Positions 46,557 through 58,691 of a stretch of DNA of 64,000 nucleotides are shown here, piece after piece. Under the pieces are notes generated by a model. It made no database searches and had not been told where the DNA came from. It saw only the letters and a program-made list of their open reading frames with translations. A program made the translations under genes and the position numbers. The DNA comes from Anaeramoeba ignava BMAN (Eukaryota; Protista; Anaeramoebae): assembly GCA_028826165.1 (NCBI GenBank), contig JAPDFW010000097.1:1-64000 (forward strand), read 5' to 3'. Numbering within the stretch: position 1 is the stretch's first letter; every line of letters begins with the position of its first letter.

Positions 46557-49500
46557 ATGAATTTCCAAGTTTTTCTTTTTCTTTTTTTTCTTCTTTTTCT
46601 TTTTAATTTAAAAATTATTCTTTCTTCTTGTCCATTTTTATCAAAAACTTATCCAGATTCAGGAACAGAACAAATTGCAGGATTTACATTTGAATTAATT
46701 GTTGAATTTAGTGAAACAATATCAATTCAAAATGAAATGGAAGAAAAAATTCCTTTAAGAAATTTAAGTGATGTTGATTTATCTTATTGGTTTTTTACAA
46801 ATAGTAGAACATATGCTTACACAACATTATATCCTATTTTTCTTTTAAATACTCAATCAAATCAAGTGATTTCTCCAGTTACTGTAAATCAAATTGATAC
46901 AATAGGAGATTCATTTCAAGTTACTTTTCCAATTCTTAATGATAATCAAGAGTAATTAATTTTTTTTTTCCTTTTCTTTTTGATCAATTTAATCAAATTT
47001 TTTTTTATAAATTTTAATTTTGGATTTAATTTTGGATTTAATTTTGGATTTAAAATTGATTTAAAATTGATTTAATTTTGGATTTAAAATTGATTTTATT
47101 TTGGATTTAAAATTAATTTAAAATTGATATAAAATTAATTTAAAATTGATTTAAAATTGATATAAAATTGATATAAAATTGATATAAAATTGATTTAAAA
47201 TTGATTTAAAATTGATTTAAAATTGATTTAAAATTGATATAAAATTGATTTAAAATTGATTTAAAATTGATATAAAATTGATATAAAATTGATTTAAAAT
47301 TGATTTAATTTTGGATTTAAAATTGATATAAAATTGATTTAAAATTGATATAAAATTGATTTAAAATTGATTTAAAATTGATATAAAATTGATTTAAAAT
47401 TGATTTAAAATTGATATAAAATTGATTTAAAATTGATATAAAATTGATTTAAAATTAATATAAAATTGATTTAAAATTGATATAAAATTGATTTAAAATT
47501 GATTTAAAATTGATTTAAAATTGATTTAAAATTGATTTAAAATTGATATAAAATTGATTTAAAATTGATTTAAAATTGATATAAAATTGATTTAAAATTG
47601 ATTTAAAATTGATTTAATTTAAAATTGATTTAAAATTGATTTAAAATTGATTTAAAATTGATTAAAAATTGATTTAAAATTGATTTAAAATTGATTTAAA
47701 ATTGATTTAAAATTGATTTAAAATTGATTTAAAATTGATTTAAAATTGATTTAAAATTGATATAAAATTGATTTAAAATTGATATAAAATTGATTTAAAA
47801 TTGATTTAAAATTGATTTAAAATTGATTTAATTTTGGATTTAAAATTGATTTAATTTTGGATTTAAAATTGATTTTAGTACTTTGGTTCTCTACGTATTG
47901 GATAACCTCTTCTTTAGTGAAAATTATCCACAAAATTCTGTTCAATTTCAGGCCAAATCTTGGTTTTATACAGGAACAAATCCAACAAAACCATGTGAAA
48001 ATTTTACAGTTTTAAATCCAATTAAAGAATTCTGCTCAAATTCATCAACTGAACATTATTCACCAGAATCTCAAATAGTTTGGGAACAACAAATATCAAA
48101 CTTCACTCTGAATTTCCCAACTATTTCTTCATGTACACAATTTGATAAAATATCTTGTATGTATAAACTCATGCTCAGAATATATGTTTCCAATCCAGGA
48201 AATTATTCTAATCTTTCTTTGAAAAATATTTCAATCACATATCAAGACATACAATACAAAATCAGCAGTGATTTAAGCATAAACATCTTAAAAAAAGATA
48301 CATTGGCAAAAATTCCAATTCAATCATTCAATGAATCAATTCATAATTCCAAAGAAACCTATATAGCAGGCCCAGATCCTATTTATTTCGTAGAAAGAAA
48401 GACCCAATGGGCTAACCAACAAGAATTCATCACATATTTTGAAAAATGGAAAAGAGGAGAATTAGTGCTTAGTTCAGATCCAAATTTAAACGGTTCTGAA
48501 ACTCTGGAAATGATCGAAAATTTAGATCAATTTATTTGTAGTTTTTTTGATCTCAATGTTTCAACCACTGAATCAATCATAGATTTTCATTGGAATAAAT
48601 CAAGTTATATCTGGCAAAAACAAACTATTGAGTCAAGTGGTTTTGTATGCGATTCATGTAGTTTTCGTGATTATAATTCATTCTACGCAGATTGGACAAG
48701 ACACATTCTCGAAATTGATCAAGATAATCCTTGGAGAATTTTTCGATTCAATACGCTTAGCCAAATGAACCAAGAAATTCAAATAGATAACGGTATCTCT
48801 GTGTTTCTTTTCGAGAACACTAATCAAAGTATTGTTGATATTCTTAATATATCAAAAGAAAGAGCTGACAATTCTTATTTATCGGAAAATTCAACAAGTG
48901 AAATTAAAATCAACTTTGGATTCGATACTTTTGATAAATTATTCTCATCAAGCGAACAAAATTATGTTCTTTTAGTCCCTGATCTTCCAGAAGTTTTGAC
49001 AGAAAACGGTCCACTTTCACCACAAATCACAACAAATATAACAGGATTCGAAAATTGGCTCACAGTTTTGAACACTTTAATTGGTTCTGAATGTGGATTG
49101 CTTGGAATAAGTTACGAATCTTTTTATAACCAAGAAACTAAATGTGAGGTTCCTTATGGAACTTGTGTTGAACAGCAAATAGAAGATTTGCAAAAAAACG
49201 AACTTGGAAAACTTGGTGATTTTCTTCCTTTATTTTCTTCAAGACTTAATGCTACCTTGAAATCTTCTTTTTCTGATCTTGATTCAATTCGAGATCGAAT
49301 CTCAATTGACAACTCAACTTATAATCTTCTTCTCGAATATTCCCAACAAGAAATTCTTAACATGGATCTTTATCTCAATCTTGATTTGATCTCTTTCCAT
49401 CAGCCATTTATTGTTCTTTCTGACCATGAATGGGATGTGCTAAGCGAAGAAGAGAAGCAACAAGCCATTTGCTCTCAAATTGATTTCCAACCAAATTCAA

Positions 49501-51443
49501 CTGTATTCAACGAAGACAAAGGAAGACTCTTTGTGAGCACTTCTAATGGAGGAACAGAGCCTGGAGACTTCTCTGTTTCTGTTTCTTGTGAGTTCGAATA
49601 CGATCCCCATTTTAATCAGATTTCTGGTCTTTTGCCAAGCCAAAGTGTTGAATTTGAATTTGATCTTGAAATCCAGAACCAAACATGGAATTTAACATCC
49701 CAAATCAACAAATCTTGCGTAGTTTCTTTCAATTCAAACAAGAAACTGTTGTGGGATACAAAAGGGAAAAATTTTGCCTGCATCAAAAATTTGACACTTT
49801 TTTTTGGACGGTTTATTCCAGCTTGTGAACTTGAGAGAAACGAAACATATGTGAAACAAAACATCCCAGAAATGCCGTATTTGCTGTTGAATTCTCAAGG
49901 CAATATCAACGTCTCATTTGGATTTGAAAGAAATGAGAGGAATATTGGAGAGCTTGAAGTGATGATAACAAACACAGGAGTTGTTTCAGGAAAATTTGAA
50001 GTGAAAATGGTCTGTGAAAATACATCCTCAATTTCTCCAAAACTAGAATCACAAGAAATTGAAGTGGGATCTTTATCTTCTTCAAACACAACAATCGAAA
50101 TGAAATTTGATGATTTCCCACAAGAAGTGATTTTTTTAGACAATGTTTATTATTCATATTCCTGCAATCTGTCTATTGAAGCTTTAACACCAGCTCGTGA
50201 GTGTTGGAGTTCATTGAACAAATCAGCCGCAGATTCAGTTGTTTTTATAGTTCAAAATGGACTATTTATGAATGATGTTGTGATTGAAAATCAATGGAAT
50301 AACTCAAATACTTCAGTTTCAATCACAAGTTCTCCAGCAAACTCCAAGTTCTTTCTGTTTCTTTCCAAAGTTTATGGATGGAATAACAAATGGGTTCTTC
50401 TTTTGTTCTTTTTTCTGTCCATTTTATCTGTTCCTTTTGTGATTTTTCTTATCATATTTTGTGTTAAAAAAGCAAAAAGAGAAGTTAAAGATTTATCAAT
50501 TACTTTAAGTGATTGGATTCAAATCCAAAATTTAAATAAGACAATCCAAGAAAAGAAAAAATCCAAAACACAGAAAAAACAAACAAACTCATTTCTCTGG
50601 ATTGGAGAAAATGAAATACACGAGGAAACATTGATTAACTTAAGAAATCGAAAGAAAAAAAAAGTGGATCAAAATTCGCTTGATGAAGTTACATTTAATT
50701 ATCATAAAAAAAAATCAAAAGAAGATCAACAAGAACAAGAAGAAGAATCAGTTAGAATTCTTCATAATTTTTGGATAGGCTTGGGTTACAAATCGTTTGT
50801 TTTTCTTGATAATCCAGAAATATGGAAAAAATGTGTTGTTCATGGTGATCTTTTTTTACCTGAAAAAAATTCATTTGAAAATTCAAATCAAATTACAGTT
50901 GAGTTCGAAGGTTTTGATGATGTTGAAGTAGAAATTGATTGGGATAATAATCCCCAAGATGATTCTGATGTGATTGTGAAACTAGTCAGAAAGGAATTTG
51001 TTCAAGATTCTTTAGAAAATGTAAAGAAACTCAAAATCATCCGTTATTTTCTTTTAACTCCTTCTAAATTATATCATCAATTTTGGGATGTTTTTATTCA
51101 TAATGTTAAAAAAAATGTATCTGATGATATTATCTCTCAATTTACTTTTGGCAAAACTGGATATTCTTTTTCTCAAGAAGACAATTTACTAAATGAAAAA
51201 AATCCTATTCAAAAAAATTCAATTTTTGATTTTGATTCCAATTCAAATCCAAATCAAATTAGTGATTTTTCTACAAGTGAAATTTCTGATGAAGATTATT
51301 TGGATTCTGATGATCTTTTTTTGGATAATCAAAGATCCTTTTCTCTTTTGGAAAACTCAAATGATAAAAGTTTTAATCAAGATTTTGGAAAAGAAAATTT
51401 TGAAATGAGTGATTCTTTAGAAATTGAATATGAAGAAAAATAA
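46557..51443 (+). CDS. Divergent HAP2/GCS1-like (fusexin, class II fusogen) type I membrane protein, 1319 aa
   Basis: Signal peptide; in-frame intron 46952-47878; HAP2-GCS1 signature ECGLLGISYESFYNQETKCEVPYGTCVEQQIEDL (49089-49190); two domain-III-like Ig motifs; one TM helix (~50391-50465); long acidic cytoplasmic tail. Confidence 0.78.
46952..47878 (+). repeat. 927-bp intron filled with an 11-bp (AAAATTGATTT/ATA)n repeat
   Basis: GT...TAG boundaries join NDNQD|TLVLYV in frame. Confidence 0.88.
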
Positions 51444-51531
51444 TAATAACAATGAAAATGATTTTTAAATTTAATTTTTTTTTCATTTTTTTTCATTTTT
51501 TTCATTTTAAAATTAAAAAAAGAAAAAGAAA

Positions 51532-53703
51532 ATGGGAATTATTTTTGCACTTTTAAGAGATTACTTTTATCCTTTCTTAGTTTTCCTTTTAATGTTGATG
51601 ACTTTTTTAATACCTCCAGCAATAAAACCAAAACAAAAAGATTTTGATGAGATGAATATGCATTATCCAGAAAATTCAAGTACAGGAAGTTTAGATAACA
51701 CAATTGATAGACTTTTTTGGTTTGTTCAAATTTCTGATCTTCATTTAAATAAATTCAAAGAAAATTTTGGATCACAATTTGAAAGAGTTTGTACAAATTA
51801 TATTGGTTCAATAAATCCAAAATTTGTGATTGTAACAGGAGATATAACAGATTCAAAGGAAAATGGAAAATATCCACAAAGAAGTAAACATTATATTGAA
51901 GAATGGGAAAAATATCAAGAAATTTTGAATAATTGTGGTGTTAATAATTCTTCTTTTTGGTTTGATATTAGAGGAAATCATGATAATGCAGCTGTTTTGA
52001 AAAAATATGCATCAGATAATTATTTTTATGATTACTCTCCACAATCTCCTTTTCTTAATTCATTAGATAGACCTTCTATGTATAGTTTTGTTCATCAAGA
52101 ACCATATGGAAATTATCAATTTGTTGGAATGGATCTTGGTACTTATCCACTTATTTCTGGACCTTTGGATTTCTTTATGTTTATTGATAAAGATAAATTA
52201 GATGAATTGGAAGAAAATTTTGAATTCAATAAAAACAATTATGATATTAATCAAACTATTGTTTTTACTCATTCACCTTTAACAACAGTTCAACGCCCTT
52301 TAACAAAATCTTCATCAGGAAAAAATCTTGATAAGATTCTTAAGGATAATCGAGTATTAAGTGTTATTGATGGTCATTTTCATAGTAAAGAAATGTATTC
52401 ACGTTTATTTTCGAAAAAAGATACAATTTTTGATTTACAAGTAAATGATGTTAAATCAGATGGAGCAATTAGAATATTTGCAATTGATAATGATTTATTT
52501 TCTTTTACAGATACAGATACAACTGATAAAGATGATCCTATAATTGTAATTACAAATCCAAAAGATAGTAGATTTATAAGTCAAAAAGAACCACTTTACA
52601 AAATCAAACAATCAACTTTTATCCGAGTTTTAATTTTCCATTCATCAACATTTGATCCATTAAGAATATCAACAGTTAGTTGTGATATTGATGGAGAAAC
52701 AATATCTTATTCAATGACAAGAGTTAATCCAACTGAACCACTTTGGGTTGCAGCATGGAATCCAAATGATTATTCTGATGGAATTCATGAAATTACAATC
52801 ACAATCAAAGATCTTGGTGGAAATGAAGTTATTACTCAAACACAAGATTTTTCAGTTGATAAAACACCTTCTTTTATTGGATATAATTTCTTTGAAATTG
52901 TTCAAAGACACAATCTCTATAGTTTTATGGTTGGATGGGATGTTGTTCTTATTTTTATTTATGTTATTCAATTTGGAACACTTCCAAAAATTATCAAGAA
53001 AATTATGAAAAGAACACCAACAAAATTTGAAATGTTTTCAGAACAATTTGAAGATAAAACAACTAAAATTACATTTTTATCATTTTTTGGATATACTTAT
53101 AAATCAATGATTTGGAAATTTTCAATGATTCCAACATTTAAATGGATATTAATTTGTACTGTTGGATGGCTTTTTGTTTTTGGACCTAATTTCGCAGATT
53201 TTGCTGATGGAAAATGGGGAGCATCTTTTATGTTTGGAGTTGCTTTTGATGGTTCAAAACATCTTTGTTCGATGTTATTTTGGTATGCAATGATTGGTTT
53301 TGGAGGAATTTTCTTACCAACTTTAATTATGATTTCACTTCCTGTAATTGAACCACCAAGATCAAGTAATTACAAATTAAGATTATTAATTCATCCTGAA
53401 ACTTTAATAGCTTTAACTGGAGTGATTGGATTTCTTGAATATTTTTCTTATAATCTTTTCACTGGTTATAAAGGATCTTCTTTAATTCTTAGTTTTGGAT
53501 TATGGTGGCCTACTATGATTTGTTTTGCTCTTATTGTTACAACCATTATTCAAGATTATAGAAAGATTATCAAACTTAAAAGAGAAGAACAATCTGGAGA
53601 TTCTGAGAATAGTTATCTTAATAATGATATTGAAAAAGTGCAATCAAATCCAAATTCTGATTCAAATTTGGAAGGTTCAGATTCTACAAAAGATTTACTT
53701 TAA
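51532..53703 (+). CDS. TMEM62-like calcineurin-like metallophosphoesterase membrane protein, copy 1
   Basis: QISDLH, GDITD, DIRGNHD, GHFH; N-terminal anchor, Ig-like middle region, C-terminal TM helices. Confidence 0.9.
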   Translation: MGIIFALLRDYFYPFLVFLLMLMTFLIPPAIKPKQKDFDEMNMHYPENSSTGSLDNTIDRLFWFVQISDLHLNKFKENFGSQFERVCTNYIGSINPKFVIVTGDITDSKENGKYPQRSKHYIEEWEKYQEILNNCGVNNSSFWFDIRGNHDNAAVLKKYASDNYFYDYSPQSPFLNSLDRPSMYSFVHQEPYGNYQFVGMDLGTYPLISGPLDFFMFIDKDKLDELEENFEFNKNNYDINQTIVFTHSPLTTVQRPLTKSSSGKNLDKILKDNRVLSVIDGHFHSKEMYSRLFSKKDTIFDLQVNDVKSDGAIRIFAIDNDLFSFTDTDTTDKDDPIIVITNPKDSRFISQKEPLYKIKQSTFIRVLIFHSSTFDPLRISTVSCDIDGETISYSMTRVNPTEPLWVAAWNPNDYSDGIHEITITIKDLGGNEVITQTQDFSVDKTPSFIGYNFFEIVQRHNLYSFMVGWDVVLIFIYVIQFGTLPKIIKKIMKRTPTKFEMFSEQFEDKTTKITFLSFFGYTYKSMIWKFSMIPTFKWILICTVGWLFVFGPNFADFADGKWGASFMFGVAFDGSKHLCSMLFWYAMIGFGGIFLPTLIMISLPVIEPPRSSNYKLRLLIHPETLIALTGVIGFLEYFSYNLFTGYKGSSLILSFGLWWPTMICFALIVTTIIQDYRKIIKLKREEQSGDSENSYLNNDIEKVQSNPNSDSNLEGSDSTKDLL

Positions 53704-56245
53704 ATTTTATTTCAAAATATTTTTAATTAATATTTAATAATAAAAATTAATAATAAATTATTTTATTATAATTTGGAATATTTTTTAAATACATTTTTAA
53801 TACATTTCTAATATATATTTAATTAAATTATTATTAATATTTTTATTAATTTTATTTCAAAATATTTTTAATTAATATTTAATAATAAAAATTAATAATA
53901 AATTATTTAATTATAATTTGGAATATTTTTTAAATACATTTTTAATACATTTTTAATATTTATTTAATTAATTTATTATTAATATTTTTATTAATTTTAT
54001 TTCAAAATATTTTTAATAAATATTTAATAATAAAAATTAATAATAAATTATTTAATTATAATTTGAAATATTTTTAAATACATTTTTAATACATTTTTAA
54101 TATTTATTTAATTAATTTATTATTAATATTTTTATTAATTTTATTTCAAAATATTTTTAATTAATATTTAATAATAAAAATTAATAATAAATTATTTAAT
54201 TATAATTTGGAATATTTTTAAATATATTTTTAATACATTTTTAATATTTATTTAATTAATTTATTATTAATGTTTTTATCAATTTAATTTCAAAATATTT
54301 TTAATTAATATTTAATAATAAAAATTAATAATAAATTATTTTATTATAATTTGGAATATTTTTAAATACACTTCTAATACATTTCTAATATTTATTTAAT
54401 TAATTTATTATTAATATTTTTATTAATTTTATTTCAAAATATTTTTAATTAATATTTAATAATAAAAATTAATAATAAATTATTTTATTATAATTTAGAA
54501 TATTTTTAAATACACTTCTAATACATTTCTAATATATATTTAATTAATTTATTATTAATATTTTTATTAATTTTATTTCAAAATATTTTTAATAAATATT
54601 TAATAATAAAAATTAATAATAAATTATTTAATTATAATTTAGAATATTTTTAAATACATTTTTAAATACATTTCTAATATTTATTTAATTAATTTATTAT
54701 TAATATTTTTATTAATTTAATTTCAAAAATATTTTTAATTAATATTTAATAATAAAAATTAATAATAAATTATTTTATTATAATTTAGAATATTTTTAAA
54801 TATATTTTTAATACATTTCTAATATTTATTTAATTAAATTATTATTAATATTTTTATTAATTTTATTTCAAAATATTTTTAATTAATATTTAATAATAAA
54901 AATTAATAATAAATTATTTTATTATAATTTAGAATATTTTTAAATACACTTCTAATACATTTCTAATATATATTTAATTAATTTATTATTAATATTTTTA
55001 TTAATTTTATTTCAAAATATTTTTAATTAATATTTAATAATAAAAATTAATAATAAATTAATTAATTATAATTTAGAATATTTTTAAATATATTTTTAAT
55101 ACATTTCTAATATTTATTTAATTAAATTATTATTAATATTTTTATTAATTTAATTTCAAAATATTTTTAATTAATATTTAATAATAAAAATTAATAATAA
55201 ATTATTTAATTATAATTTGAAATATTTTTAAATATATTTTTAATACATTTCTAATATTTAATTAATTAAATTATTATTAATATTTTTATTAATTTTATTT
55301 CAAAATATTTTTAATAAATATTTAATAATAAAAATTAATAATAAATTATTTTTATTATAATTTAGAATATTTTTAAATACATTTCTAATACATTTCTAAT
55401 ATTTATTTAATTAATTTATTATTAATATTTTTATTAATTTTATTTCAAAATATTTTTAATTAATATTTAATAATAAAAATTAATAATAAATTATTTAATA
55501 ATAATTTAGAATATTTTTAAATACATTTTTAATACATTTCTAATATATATTTAATTAATTTTATTATTAATATTTTTATTAATTTAATTTCAAAATATTT
55601 TTAATTAATATTTAATAATAAAAATTAATAATAAAAATATTTTATTATAATTTAGAATATTTTTAAATACATTTTTAATACATTTTTAATATATATTTAA
55701 TTAATTTATTATTAATATTTTTATTAATTTTATTTCAAAAATATTTTTAATTAATATTTAATAATAAAAATTAATAATAAATTATTTTATTATAATTTAG
55801 AATATTTTTAAATACACTTCTAATACATTTCTAATATATATTTAATTAATTTATTATTAATATTTTTATTAATTTAATTTCAAAATATTTTTAATAAATA
55901 TTTAATAATAAAAATTAATAATAAATTATTTAATTATAATTTGGAATATTTTTAAATACATTTTTAATACATTTTTAATATTTATTTAATTAATTTATTA
56001 TTAATATTTTTATTAATTTTATTTCAAAATATTTTTAATAAATATTTAATAATAAAAATTAATAATAAATTATTTAATTATAATTTGGAATATTTTTTAA
56101 ATATATTTTTAATACATTTCTAATATTTATTTAATTAATTTATTATTAATATTTTTATTAATTTTATTTCAAAATATTTTTAATTAATATTTAATAATAA
56201 AAATTAATAATAAATTAATTAATTATAATTTGGAATATTTTTTAA
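53703..56245. repeat. Tandem satellite of ~17.5 copies of a 144-145-bp almost pure AT unit
   Basis: The TTTCAAAA marker recurs at 53713, 53858, 54003, 54147, 54291, 54435 ... 56025, 56170 (18 occurrences). Confidence 0.95.
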
Positions 56246-56519
56246 ATTATTGGAACTTAATAATTTTACAATCTAAATTTATTAAATTCTTTCAAAATTT
56301 TTTTTTGCTTTTTTTTATTTTGATCAATTTTATTGTTTATTTTTTAACAATAAAAAAAAAAGAGATAAAAAAGAAAATTAAGAAAAATTGATTTATTGAA
56401 GCTTTTTTTATTTTGAAAAGGTAAACAAAAAAAAAACAATAAAAAAAAATTGTTCCAAAAAAAACTTAATAAACAAAATTCATTTTTTTCCATTTTAAAA
56501 TTAAAAAAAGAAAAAGAAA

Positions 56520-58691
56520 ATGGGAATTATTTTTGCACTTTTAAGAGATTACTTTTATCCTTTCTTAGTTTTCCTTTTAATGTTGATGACTTTTTTAATA
56601 CCTCCAGCAATAAAACCAAAACAAAAAGATTTTGATGAGATGAATATGCATTATCCAGAAAATTCAAGTACAGGAAGTTTAGATAATACAATTGATAGAC
56701 TTTTTTGGTTTGTTCAAATTTCTGATCTTCATTTAAATAAATTCAAAGAAAATTTTGGATCACAATTTGAAAGAGTTTGTACAAATTATATTGGCTCAAT
56801 AAATCCAAAATTTGTGATTCTATCAGGAGATATAACAGATGCGAGAGAAAGCGACGATTATCCAGTGAGGAATAAACAGAATATTGAAGAATGGGAAAAA
56901 TATCAAGAAATTTTGAATAATTGTGGTGTTAATAATTCTTCTTTTTGGTTTGATATTAGAGGAAATCATGATAATGCAGCTGTTTTGAAAAAATATGCAT
57001 CAGATAATTATTTTTATGATTACTCTCCACAATCTCCTTTTCTTAATTCATTAGATAGACCTTCTATGTATAGTTTTGTTCATCAAGAACCATATGGAAG
57101 TTATCAATTTGTTGGAATGGATCTTGGTACTTATCCACTTATTTCTGGACCTTTGGGCTTCTTTATGTTTGTTGATAAAGATAAATTAGATGAATTGGAA
57201 GAAAATTTTGAATTCAATAAAAACAATTATGATATTAATCAAACTATTGTTTTTACTCATTCACCTTTAACAACAGTTCAACGCCCTTTAACAAAATCTT
57301 CATCAGGAAAAAATCTTGATAAGATTCTTAAGGATAATCGAGTATTAAGTGTTCTTGATGGTCATTTTCATAACAAAGAAATGTATTCACGTTTATTTTC
57401 GAAAAAAGATACAATTTTTGATTTACAAGTAAATGATGTTAAATCAGATGGAGCAATTAGAATATTTGCAATTGATAATGATTTATTTTCTTTTACAGAT
57501 ACAGATACAACTGATAAAGATGATCCTATAATTGTAATCACAAATCCAAAAGATAGTAGATTTATAAGTCAAAAAGAACCACTTTACAAAATCAAACAAT
57601 CAACCTTTATTCGAGTTTTAATTTTCCATTCATCAACATTTGATCCATTAAGAATATCAACAGTTAGTTGTGATATTGATGGAGAAACAATATCTTATTC
57701 AATGACAAGAGTTAATCCAACTGAACCACTTTGGGTTGCAGCATGGAATCCAAATGATTATTCTGATGGAGTTCATGAAATTACAATCACAATCAAAGAT
57801 CTTGGTGGAAATGAAGTTATTACCCAAACACAAGATTTTTCAGTTGATAAAACACCTTCTTTTATTGGATATAATTTCTTTGAAATTGTTCAAAGACACA
57901 ATCTCTATAGTTTTATGGTTGGATGGGATGTTGTTCTTATTTTTATTTATGTTATTCAATTTGGAACACTTCCAAAAATAATCAAGAAAATTATGAAAAG
58001 AACACCAACAAAATTTGAAATGTTTTCAGAACAATTTGAAGATAAAACAACTAAAATTACATTTTTATCATTTTTTGGATATACTTATAAATCAATGATT
58101 TGGAAATTTTCAATGATTCCAACATTTAAATGGATATTAATTTGTACTGTTGGATGGCTTTTTGTTTTTGGACCTAATTTTGCAGAATTCACAGATGGAA
58201 AATGGGGAGCATCTTTTATGTTTGGAGTTGCTTTTGATGGTTCAAAACATCTTTATTCCACAATGTTTTGGTATGCAATGGTTGGTTTTGGAGGAATTTT
58301 CTTACCAACTTTAATTATGATTTCACTTCCTGTAATTGAACCACCAAGATCAAGTAATTACAAATTAAGATTATTAATTCATCCTGAAACTTTAATAGCT
58401 TTAACTGGAGTGATTGGATTTCTTGAATATTTTTCTTATGATCTTTGGTCTGGTTATAAAGGATCTTCTTTAATTCTTAGTTTTGGATTATGGTGGCCTA
58501 CTATGATTTGTTTTGCTCTTATTGTTACAACCATTATTCAAGATTATAGAAAGATTATCAAACTTAAAAGAGAAGAACAATCTGGTGATTCTGAGAATAG
58601 TTATATTAATAATGATATTGAAAAAGGACAATCAAATCCAAATTCACAGAATTCTGTCCAATATGCTGATTTGACAAAAGATTTGAATTAA
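56520..58691 (+). CDS. TMEM62-like metallophosphoesterase, copy 2 (tandem duplicate)
   Basis: Same length (723 aa) and motifs as copy 1. Confidence 0.9.
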   Translation: MGIIFALLRDYFYPFLVFLLMLMTFLIPPAIKPKQKDFDEMNMHYPENSSTGSLDNTIDRLFWFVQISDLHLNKFKENFGSQFERVCTNYIGSINPKFVILSGDITDARESDDYPVRNKQNIEEWEKYQEILNNCGVNNSSFWFDIRGNHDNAAVLKKYASDNYFYDYSPQSPFLNSLDRPSMYSFVHQEPYGSYQFVGMDLGTYPLISGPLGFFMFVDKDKLDELEENFEFNKNNYDINQTIVFTHSPLTTVQRPLTKSSSGKNLDKILKDNRVLSVLDGHFHNKEMYSRLFSKKDTIFDLQVNDVKSDGAIRIFAIDNDLFSFTDTDTTDKDDPIIVITNPKDSRFISQKEPLYKIKQSTFIRVLIFHSSTFDPLRISTVSCDIDGETISYSMTRVNPTEPLWVAAWNPNDYSDGVHEITITIKDLGGNEVITQTQDFSVDKTPSFIGYNFFEIVQRHNLYSFMVGWDVVLIFIYVIQFGTLPKIIKKIMKRTPTKFEMFSEQFEDKTTKITFLSFFGYTYKSMIWKFSMIPTFKWILICTVGWLFVFGPNFAEFTDGKWGASFMFGVAFDGSKHLYSTMFWYAMVGFGGIFLPTLIMISLPVIEPPRSSNYKLRLLIHPETLIALTGVIGFLEYFSYDLWSGYKGSSLILSFGLWWPTMICFALIVTTIIQDYRKIIKLKREEQSGDSENSYINNDIEKGQSNPNSQNSVQYADLTKDLN

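Noticed and set aside
53703-56245. Regularly spaced array considered as CRISPR-like
   Set aside because: Whole units repeat with no unique spacers, no cas genes are present, and the context is eukaryotic.
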